Shown piece after piece: positions 37,790 through 44,793 of a stretch of 44,793 bases of DNA (position 1 is its first letter; each line of letters opens with the position of its first letter). The DNA comes from a candidate division WOR-3 bacterium (lineage in GTDB: Bacteria; Hydrothermota; Tepidihabitantia; B3-TA06; JALVRC01): assembly GCA_027025255.1 (NCBI GenBank), contig JALVRC010000046.1:1-44793 (forward strand), written 5' to 3'. The notes beneath the pieces are model-generated. The model saw nothing but the letters and a program-made list of their open reading frames with translations. It searched no databases and was not told where the DNA came from. The position numbers and the translations under genes are program-made.

Positions 37790-39568
37790 ATGATAAAGGA
37801 TTTTAGAAAATTAGGTGCAAGTATTATGGTAATAGTAGTTGTTTCCTTTCTTCTACTTATTGTACTTCAATGGGGAGCAAATCTTGCTGGTACACGCAAC
37901 AGAGCTCAATCAACACCCCGTGACGTAATACTTAAAGGAGATGGCATAAAGGTTACACGAATGTGGTATCAGGAAAACTATAAAAAAACACTTAGAGATT
38001 GGGAGGCTAAAAACAATAGACATCCCAGCAGCAGAGACTACAGAGAAATAAAAGAACAAGCATGGGAAAATCTGCAAAAAGATGTTATATGGGAAAGACT
38101 TCTCAAAAGCGAAAGGCCTGTAGTTACTGATGATGAAGTCTGGGAGATAATAAAGGTAACTCCTCCTCAAGAACTAATGCAAGATACTTCTTTTATCACC
38201 CCTGACGGTAAATTTAATTATCAAAGATACCACCAGCTTCTTACAATGCCTAATGCTCAACAGTGGATTACTCAATATGCAAAAATGATAAAGGCAAGCC
38301 TTTTAAAACAAAAGGTACAGTACGACCTTATCAATACCTATAGATTAACCTCCAATGAGAAAAAAGATATTTCTCGAATGGAAGGAGCAAAGGTTACTGT
38401 ACGTTTTATGCCTATAAATTACTCTCCCTATCCGATTGACAGCTCTGTAAGCAAAGAGGAAATAGAAAAAATTTATAAAAAATACAAAGACAAATACACA
38501 AGGGAAGAAAGAAGACGAATGATACCAATATATTTCTATTTAATCCCATCAAAAGCTGATTCAGAGAACGCTAAAGCAAGAATAGATTTAGCCTATGAGG
38601 CATTAAAAGAAGGAGACAGCTTCAATGTAGTAGCAGGAGATTATTCAGACAGTCCTTACGACACTATAAAAGTTACACCTGAAAAGCTTGCTGATACAGA
38701 AAAGGTAATTTTTAACTCATTAAAACCTGGAGACTACTCAAAACCGTATTTCTATTGGGGAACGTACAATGTTGTTAGAATGATTGAGAAAAGAAAGGAT
38801 ACCTTTACTGTAAATGTTATTACTGTAAGGATCAGACCTGGTGAGGATACAAAAGAAGCCCTGCTGTCAAGAATAGATTCTTTCAAAACAGTACTAAAAA
38901 AACGCAAAGGGATTATAGACTCTTCACTTATAAAAAAATGGAATATCCAGGTAAGAAGACCTATAGAAGCAAGTAAAAAATCAATTACATATTTTGTGGC
39001 TTTAAAAGATAAACTCTGGGCAGTAAAAACATTTGGAGAGAAAGCTCCGAAAGGAGCTATAAGTGAGCCTTTCCCTCTTTCAGACAAGGGATTTTTCATT
39101 TTCTATGTCTCAGAAATAAAGAAAAAGGACATGAAGCCTCTGGATAGTCTTAGAGCAAGTATTATAGAAAGGATACTCTATTTAAGAAATCTTGATAGTA
39201 TAAAATCTTTTGCTTTGCAATTAAAGGATAGTATTGTCAAATTCCATAGAACAATTGATGAGTTGGCTCCTGAACTCGGAGTAAAGATTGATACTCTCAC
39301 ACTTCCCTCCTTCTCTATGGGAGCCGATTATTATGGACCTGTCTTTTCAGCCGTTGTTATGACTATGAACCCAGGTGATAGATATGGACCGGTTGAAATG
39401 TTTAAGAGAACTCAATACGGCTTCATAGAATGCTTAAGAAGAGAACCTGATTTATCAAAACTTGAAACAGCCTACCATAACAGGATTGTAGATGCGATAA
39501 ATGCCCTTTCAGACAGCTTATTTAAAGAGCCTGAATGGAAAGATTACAGGAAACTTAATGAGTTTTAA
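37790..39568 (+). CDS. PpiD/SurA-like membrane-anchored periplasmic chaperone / parvulin
   Basis: N-terminal TM; SurA_N-like region (VTDDE...F....GKFN); degenerate rotamase F..+A..YSD and PG.YS.P. Confidence 0.75.
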   Translation: MIKDFRKLGASIMVIVVVSFLLLIVLQWGANLAGTRNRAQSTPRDVILKGDGIKVTRMWYQENYKKTLRDWEAKNNRHPSSRDYREIKEQAWENLQKDVIWERLLKSERPVVTDDEVWEIIKVTPPQELMQDTSFITPDGKFNYQRYHQLLTMPNAQQWITQYAKMIKASLLKQKVQYDLINTYRLTSNEKKDISRMEGAKVTVRFMPINYSPYPIDSSVSKEEIEKIYKKYKDKYTREERRRMIPIYFYLIPSKADSENAKARIDLAYEALKEGDSFNVVAGDYSDSPYDTIKVTPEKLADTEKVIFNSLKPGDYSKPYFYWGTYNVVRMIEKRKDTFTVNVITVRIRPGEDTKEALLSRIDSFKTVLKKRKGIIDSSLIKKWNIQVRRPIEASKKSITYFVALKDKLWAVKTFGEKAPKGAISEPFPLSDKGFFIFYVSEIKKKDMKPLDSLRASIIERILYLRNLDSIKSFALQLKDSIVKFHRTIDELAPELGVKIDTLTLPSFSMGADYYGPVFSAVVMTMNPGDRYGPVEMFKRTQYGFIECLRREPDLSKLETAYHNRIVDAINALSDSLFKEPEWKDYRKLNEF

Positions 39569-39573
39569 CCTCT

Positions 39574-39645
39574 GGCCCCATCGTCTAATGGTTAGGACAT
39601 CACTCTTTCAAGGTGAAGATACGGGTTCGACTCCCGTTGGGGCTA
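39574..39645 (+). tRNA. tRNA-Glu(TTC), CCA not encoded
   Basis: Acceptor GGCCCCA/TGGGGCT-A; anticodon arm TCACT-CTTTCAA-GGTGA; GGTTCGA T-loop. Confidence 0.95.
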
Positions 39646-39653
39646 TTTGACAC

Positions 39654-41246
39654 ATGGGCGAGATAGTCTTTCTCGCCCTCTTTTCATTCTCTTTTGAGAA
39701 TAAATATACTCCTTACCTTATAAAAATTATACCTTTTAATGTTTGTTATACAAAAGTTGACTACCACAGTATATACTATGAACCTGAATTTTCTATTTCT
39801 TTTCCTCCTGTTTTTTACTCTGCTTTAGCTTTAAAAGGAACTTACAAAATAAAAGATACAACATATATCCCCTGTATAAATTCTTTTAAAGTACGTGCTG
39901 GATTGAATACCTCCATACTTAACAAGCCTTATTACGGAATAAAGATTCAAGGAACCTATTCTTATCCAATAAATTATTTTTTTGCCTCCTATGACAGTCT
40001 AATGCTTCACTATAATACATATTCTCTCTCTTTAATGAACAGCATACTTATTAATAAATTTTCTTTAAAATTTGAAGGCGAATATAAATCTTCTAAAACA
40101 GACACGATATCCTTTAATATATCCATTGGATATTCATCTTATATTAACTCTGGATTACTCTCAGGGGTTAATCTCATAGATTTTAAGCCCTCAGCCTATT
40201 CTGGTATATATTTCAATATAAATAGCCTATCAAAGAAACGAATTCTTACTGGCTTGTATTTTGAGTACTACTTTAATGAAAAAATGATATTACTTTCCTC
40301 ACATATTGGCTTTGGCTACGTATACAACGATACGCTAAAAAAATACACAAAAATTATTTTGCGTGTCTTAAATGGTACAGATGGAAAAGGAATAAAAGCA
40401 AATCTTTATGTGCCTGAACTTAATAAAACATACAGCATAGACAAAATTGATACCATTCTAATAAAACCAGGAATTTATAGATTAAGAGCTGAAAAAACTG
40501 GATTTAAATGGCAGGAAAAGGGAGTCGTCCTAAAAAAAGGTGATATAAAACATGTAGAATTTGTACTTATCCCTTTTAAAGAACAATCATTTATAGCAGG
40601 CAAAGTATTTAACAACGACCATTCTACATTAGAGAATGCTACCGTTAAAATACTCGTGAACAACAAAGAAATAAAAGAGGTTGAAACGGATAAATTCGGT
40701 ATTTTTAAATCAATAATAAACCCTGGAACGTACATACTTATAGCGGAAAAAGAAGGATACTTCCCTGACACTTTTAATATAATTATTAATGATAGCAAAA
40801 ACCTGGAACATAACTTCTTTTTAAAACCAGAAGAAGAAAATATGTCAACAAACAAACGCACTGTATCTCAGGACAGTCTTATTAAAATAGTAGTCAAGAA
40901 TGATAACCAACAATATATATATGCTGGAGATATTGTTTTTATCCAGGGGAAAGCAACTCTTACAAAAAAAGCAAAAGAGAATCTTGATAAACTATCTGTA
41001 TATCTAAAAAAGCATGAAGAGATAAAAATAGAGGTACAGGGACACACTGATAGTGTAGGCAACAAGCTCAAAAACCTGAAACTCTCCCAAAAGAGAGCTC
41101 AAAGCGTTATGAATTATCTTATAATGAAAGGAATAAGCCCTGAAAGACTTACAGCAAAAGGTTATGGAGAGAAATATCCTATTGCAGACAACAGAAGTCT
41201 ATCTGGAAGAAGAAAGAACCGAAGAATAGAATTCTTAATAAAATAA
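39654..41246 (+). CDS. OmpA-family protein: N-terminal beta-rich region, carboxypeptidase-regulatory-like Ig domains, OmpA C-terminal domain
   Basis: GHTDSVG, NLKLSQKRA.SV, GYGE..P and NRR.E motifs; two PG.Y...AEK.G repeats. Start uncertain. Confidence 0.85.
   Translation: MGEIVFLALFSFSFENKYTPYLIKIIPFNVCYTKVDYHSIYYEPEFSISFPPVFYSALALKGTYKIKDTTYIPCINSFKVRAGLNTSILNKPYYGIKIQGTYSYPINYFFASYDSLMLHYNTYSLSLMNSILINKFSLKFEGEYKSSKTDTISFNISIGYSSYINSGLLSGVNLIDFKPSAYSGIYFNINSLSKKRILTGLYFEYYFNEKMILLSSHIGFGYVYNDTLKKYTKIILRVLNGTDGKGIKANLYVPELNKTYSIDKIDTILIKPGIYRLRAEKTGFKWQEKGVVLKKGDIKHVEFVLIPFKEQSFIAGKVFNNDHSTLENATVKILVNNKEIKEVETDKFGIFKSIINPGTYILIAEKEGYFPDTFNIIINDSKNLEHNFFLKPEEENMSTNKRTVSQDSLIKIVVKNDNQQYIYAGDIVFIQGKATLTKKAKENLDKLSVYLKKHEEIKIEVQGHTDSVGNKLKNLKLSQKRAQSVMNYLIMKGISPERLTAKGYGEKYPIADNRSLSGRRKNRRIEFLIK
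39656..39684 (+). terminator. Terminator-like hairpin GGGCGAGA-N7-TCTCGCCC followed by TCTTTT
   Basis: 8-bp GC-rich stem after tRNA-Glu; overlaps the first codons of the OmpA ORF. Confidence 0.6.
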
Positions 41247-41314
41247 CAATTTCCAAGCCTATTTGACATGTTTTTTATTTACATAAATAGTTATAGTTTG
41301 ATTGACTGAAAAAA

Positions 41315-41387
41315 CGGGGAGTAGCGCAGTGGCAAGCGCACCTGGTTCGGGACCAGGGGGTCGCTGGTTCAAATCCAGTCTCCCCGA
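41315..41387 (+). tRNA. tRNA-Pro(CGG), CCA not encoded
   Basis: Acceptor CGGGGAG/CTCCCCG-A; anticodon arm CCTGG-TTCGGGA-CCAGG; GGTTCAAATCC. Confidence 0.95.
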
Positions 41388-41397
41388 TACTTTTATT

Positions 41398-41910
41398 ATG
41401 AAAAAACTTAAGACCTTAATTAGTAAAGAAGATATTGTCTCTCGAGTCAAAGAATTGGCATATAATATTAACAAAGACTACAAAAACAAGGATTTGCATA
41501 TAATTGGTGTTCTTAAAGGAAGTTTTATATTCCTTTCCGATCTTATGAGGAAACTTAACCTGAATCCAACAGTTGATTTTATCATGTTAAAGAGCTACGC
41601 AGGGGAACAAAGTACGGAAAATGTAAAAATCCTTCATGATATATCAATGGAGGTAAAAGGCAAAGATATCTTAATTGTTGAGGACATTGTTGATACAGGG
41701 ATAACACTTGAATTTCTAATAAATCTCCTCCATGCTAAATCTCCAAACAGTATAAAAGTCATAACCTTGCTTGACAAACCTTCTAAAAGGAAAATAAACA
41801 TACCTGTTGATTATGTTGGATTTAAAATTAAAGATAGATTTGTAGTTGGGTATGGGCTTGATTTTAATGAACAGTACAGACAACTACCATTTATTGGCTA
41901 CTTTGAATGA
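41398..41910 (+). CDS. hpt: Hypoxanthine phosphoribosyltransferase
   Basis: GVLKGS, LIVEDIVDTGITL and FVVGYGLD motifs. Start reset to ATG 41398 because the track start runs through tRNA-Pro. Confidence 0.95.
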   Translation: MKKLKTLISKEDIVSRVKELAYNINKDYKNKDLHIIGVLKGSFIFLSDLMRKLNLNPTVDFIMLKSYAGEQSTENVKILHDISMEVKGKDILIVEDIVDTGITLEFLINLLHAKSPNSIKVITLLDKPSKRKINIPVDYVGFKIKDRFVVGYGLDFNEQYRQLPFIGYFE

Positions 41911-42175
41911 GTGTATAAAAGTAATTGTCTCAGGTAGAGTACAGGGGGTTGGCTTTAGATATACAGTACTTAAACACGCTGAAGCCTTCAAGATTAAAGG
42001 ATACGTTAAAAATCTATATGATGGAACCGTTGAAATTGTAATAAAAAAAGATAAGAAAACAATAGATAAATTTATTAAAATCATCAAAAATCTACCTTAT
42101 CCTATCCAGGTCGATAAGCTTAGCTTAGAAAATACTGTATGTGAGGAATTTAAACGCTTTGAAATCAGATATTAA
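41903..42175 (+). CDS. acyP: Acylphosphatase
   Basis: SGRVQGVGFR, GYVKN..DG.VE and F..FEIRY motifs; likely TTG start at 41903. Confidence 0.9.
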   Translation: MNECIKVIVSGRVQGVGFRYTVLKHAEAFKIKGYVKNLYDGTVEIVIKKDKKTIDKFIKIIKNLPYPIQVDKLSLENTVCEEFKRFEIRY

Positions 42176-42989
42176 AAGAGTGCTCGTTCTTGGAGGAGGT
42201 GGAGCTAAAGGTTTTGCTCATATCGGGGCTATAAAAGCTTTAGAAGAAGCAGGGATAGAATTCGACTGTCTTGTAGGCGTAAGTATCGGTGCTGTTGTAG
42301 GCAGCTTTTACGTATCTGGATACAGTGCAGGTGAAATGGAAAAACTTGCGCTGGATTTGAATACACGTAAAATACTTTATCTTCTGTCTCCTGTTTTCCC
42401 TTTACATGGCATTTTCTCAGCAAAAAGACTTAAAGAATACTTAGAGAAAAACCTGAAGGTTAAAACCTTTGAACAGACATTATTACGTTTTCATACAATT
42501 GCAGTTGATCTTACAAAAGGAAGCATTGTTGTTTTTAAAGAAGGTCCTATTATAGACGGCATCATTGCAAGCATGTCAATACCAGGATTATTTATTCCCT
42601 TTTACTATAAAAATCATCCTCTTGTTGATGGAGGTCTTGTAGAATACCTTCCAGTAAACACTGTAAAAAAGCTCTACCCAAAGTCAAAAATACTTGCCAT
42701 TGATGTTTTAAGACAGGACTATCCTGAATTTACATATAATTCAGATATTATAAAGGCAGATAAAAAAAATCTAAAGTTACATGAAGTTTTGATAAACAGC
42801 CTTGGGTATGTATTTAATCCATCTTTTAATAATAAGGACAAAAAAGTAAGGGTTGTAAATATTGATACACAGGATGTAGCTTTCTTTGAATTTGACAGGG
42901 CAAAAATACTCATAGAAAGAGGCTATTCAAGTATAGCAAGCAATATAAAACCTATCAAGAAATTTCTCTCAAGAGGTCTTTTCTTTTAG
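42141..42989 (+). CDS. Patatin-like phospholipase (RssA/NTE family); start may be TTG 42159
   Basis: GGGGAKG.AHIG, GVSIG and DGG motifs. Confidence 0.9.
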   Translation: MRNLNALKSDIKRVLVLGGGGAKGFAHIGAIKALEEAGIEFDCLVGVSIGAVVGSFYVSGYSAGEMEKLALDLNTRKILYLLSPVFPLHGIFSAKRLKEYLEKNLKVKTFEQTLLRFHTIAVDLTKGSIVVFKEGPIIDGIIASMSIPGLFIPFYYKNHPLVDGGLVEYLPVNTVKKLYPKSKILAIDVLRQDYPEFTYNSDIIKADKKNLKLHEVLINSLGYVFNPSFNNKDKKVRVVNIDTQDVAFFEFDRAKILIERGYSSIASNIKPIKKFLSRGLFF

Positions 42990-44296
42990 TGTTTAAAAAA
43001 TTCTTTAAAGATACATCTATCACATTTCTTACCCGTATTGTACTGATTGTCTTTCAGATGGTAATATACATAGTTATTGCAAGAGTATTCGGTCCAAAAG
43101 GTAAAGGTATATACTCCCTTACAATGATGTTTCCTGCTATAATTCTTATTTTTACCAATCTGGGGATAGACAGTGCTGCTGTATATTTTACAGGGAAAAA
43201 AGATTTTAACATTAATACTATCTATGGCTCCAATCTGTTTCTTGTTATACCCATAGCCCTTTTTAGTATTCTTTTAGGTATTTTTATTGTTTTTTTTGCA
43301 AGAAGTTTTTTTAAGGACATTCCGTTTTATTTACTGTTTATAGGTCTATTGTCCATTCCTTTTTCCCTAATTTTTAGAAATAGCTATGCAATATTGCTTT
43401 CTATAAAGAAATTTATCTCCTACAATACAATGCAAATATTTAGATTTGCGCTTTTTCTTATACTGCTTATACCATGGATGCTCTTTTTAAAAGACGTTTC
43501 TTCTGCTATTCTGTCAAACGTGCTTTCTCTCGCTCTCGCCTCTCTTGCAGGCTTCTTATTTGTAAAACATACTGTTATAAAAGAAAAGAAGCTCCATATT
43601 AGTAAAAAATATATAAAAAAGTCACTGAGCTTTGGATTTAAAAATTCACTAAACAATGCTGTTTTGTTTTTAAACTACAGGCTGGATATGTTTCTCTTAA
43701 ATTTCTTTATGGGACCGAAAGCAGTAGGCTTCTATTCAATTGCAGTAAATATATCAGAAAGATTGTGGCTTATAGCTCAGTCCGCAGGAACAGTAATTTT
43801 CCCAACAATAGCTACAGTGCAAAGTGAAGACAAAAGAAGAGAGCTCACACCTACAATAACAAGATTTGTTCTCTACATATCAATTATAGCAGGGGCAACA
43901 CTTTTTCTTTTGAGTAAATTCATTGTAATTCTTCTCTATTCAGATAAATTTTTTAATAGTATAGCCCCATTACAAATACTTCTAATAGGAATAAGTATAA
44001 GCGGTGCTTCTGTAACACTTTCAAATGACATTGTTGCAAGAGGTAGGCCTCTTATAAATCTCTATATAACACTCATTAGTGTTCTTATAATGATTGTCTT
44101 AAACATTATACTTATCCCTGTATGGGGAATAAATGGAACTGCTTTTGCATCCACAGTATCATATACACTGTTATTCATAGGAAGGATTATAACCTACTCC
44201 TATCTTTCTAAGGTAAAACTCTCTAAGCTTATTCTCCCTCAAAAAGAAGATATACTGCTATTAAAAAAGCTCTTTGCACTTCTCTTAAGGCGATAA
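42989..44296 (+). CDS. Oligosaccharide flippase (Wzx/MOP superfamily)
   Basis: AR.FGP..KG.Y, RLD..L......VGFYS.A and LIP.WGINGTA motifs; 12 or more TMs. Confidence 0.85.
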   Translation: MFKKFFKDTSITFLTRIVLIVFQMVIYIVIARVFGPKGKGIYSLTMMFPAIILIFTNLGIDSAAVYFTGKKDFNINTIYGSNLFLVIPIALFSILLGIFIVFFARSFFKDIPFYLLFIGLLSIPFSLIFRNSYAILLSIKKFISYNTMQIFRFALFLILLIPWMLFLKDVSSAILSNVLSLALASLAGFLFVKHTVIKEKKLHISKKYIKKSLSFGFKNSLNNAVLFLNYRLDMFLLNFFMGPKAVGFYSIAVNISERLWLIAQSAGTVIFPTIATVQSEDKRRELTPTITRFVLYISIIAGATLFLLSKFIVILLYSDKFFNSIAPLQILLIGISISGASVTLSNDIVARGRPLINLYITLISVLIMIVLNIILIPVWGINGTAFASTVSYTLLFIGRIITYSYLSKVKLSKLILPQKEDILLLKKLFALLLRR

Positions 44297-44689
44297 CTTA
44301 AGCACATCTTTTAAAAAAACCTCTACTTCTTTTCGCTTTTCTTGAGGAACAATGAGATGTATTCCTCTAAAATTATTTAGAAAAGTATCTTTCTTAAATG
44401 GCGTCAAAAGGAATCCGTTTTTCAAAAGAATATAACGCTTAAATCTCTTTGTATCAGTTGAGGCTTTTAAAAACCACTTCTTTATATAAACCTTCTCTTT
44501 ATCAATTGTATACTCAATAGGCAAAAAGTATGTATTTAATGTGAAAAAGAAAATAAGGAAACTAAAAAGCATCCAGTATATACCCAGTAAAAAAAGCACT
44601 ACTATCAAAACAATTGTTAGGAAAAAAGTTACAAAAGCCGTTTTTTTAATGTTTTCCTTAGCAAGGAAAACCTCCCACGATATTCTCAT
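44285..44689 (-). CDS. Small two-TM protein with a soluble PH-like tail
   Basis: Two hydrophobic helices followed by a beta-rich tail; family not recognised. Confidence 0.6.
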   Translation of the reverse strand: MRISWEVFLAKENIKKTAFVTFFLTIVLIVVLFLLGIYWMLFSFLIFFFTLNTYFLPIEYTIDKEKVYIKKWFLKASTDTKRFKRYILLKNGFLLTPFKKDTFLNNFRGIHLIVPQEKRKEVEVFLKDVLKLSP

Positions 44690-44696
44690 AATTAAA

Positions 44697-44770
44697 TGGG
44701 CCCGCCAGGATTTGAACCTGGGACCAACTGATTATGAGTCAGCCGCTCTGCCAGACTGAGCTACGGACCC
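44697..44770 (-). tRNA. tRNA with CAT anticodon, most likely tRNA-Ile2 (lysidine)
   Basis: Reverse complement GGGTCCGTAGCTCAG...GCTGA-CTCATAA-TCAGT...GGTTCAAATCC...CGGGCCCA. G1-C72 is paired, so not the initiator. C5-G68 favours Ile2, but elongator Met is not excluded. Confidence 0.85.
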
Positions 44771-44793
44771 ACATTATTATATACATATTATAG

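Noticed and set aside
41263..41297. Promoter for tRNA-Pro (TTGACA 41263 / TATAGT 41292)
   Set aside because: The boxes are 23 nt apart and no good -10 lies at 16-18 nt, so it was not called.
41302..41397. N-terminal extension of hpt in the ORF track, and antisense ORF 41259..41474
   Set aside because: Both translate through tRNA-Pro; hpt homology begins at ATG 41398.
44541..44759. 72-aa + strand ORF
   Set aside because: Antisense to the tRNA(CAT) and the membrane-protein gene; shadow ORF.
39574..44793. Integrative element at the tRNAs
   Set aside because: No integrase, no duplicated tRNA 3' ends, and the flanking genes are housekeeping.
1..44793. CRISPR array, transposase, prophage or defence genes
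   Set aside because: No regularly spaced repeats and no recognisable motifs for these were seen.

Overview
AT-rich chromosomal segment of a diderm (lipid A-making) bacterium with tightly packed operons. It is probably an anaerobic, sulfide-exposed lineage near the FCB group such as WOR-3; this is inference only. No mobile elements, prophage or CRISPR arrays were found. Contents in order: a DUF2089/SHOCT/DUF4097/LiaI-LiaF-like envelope-stress operon (including one ORF missed by the track); a beta-propeller lipoprotein; membrane proteins; a LysN-like aminotransferase; a divergent ompH-lpxD-lpxC-fabZ-lpxA operon; a split LKR/SDH saccharopine operon with argF; a phosphohexomutase-glmS-recA-recX-alaS operon; an 11-gene type-IV-pilus-class chemosensory operon; ispF-rhomboid-thi4; GT2; PpiD; OmpA; hpt-acyP-patatin-flippase; and three tRNAs. 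The best candidate for an undescribed system is the chemosensory operon (23.8-34.4 kb). Between CheW and the MCP it carries a DUF4388 protein, two Cache-HAMP membrane sensors with no output domain, an outer-membrane beta-barrel and a perfect 21-bp hairpin. Window-wide patterns: ten sigma70-like promoters with exactly 16-bp spacers, apparently leaderless first genes, SD-less ORFs starting 7-10 nt after each tRNA, and D-S/T-hydrophobic (Bacteroidota-type O-glycosylation) motifs concentrated in exported proteins. Domain calls come from motif recognition, not database searches.
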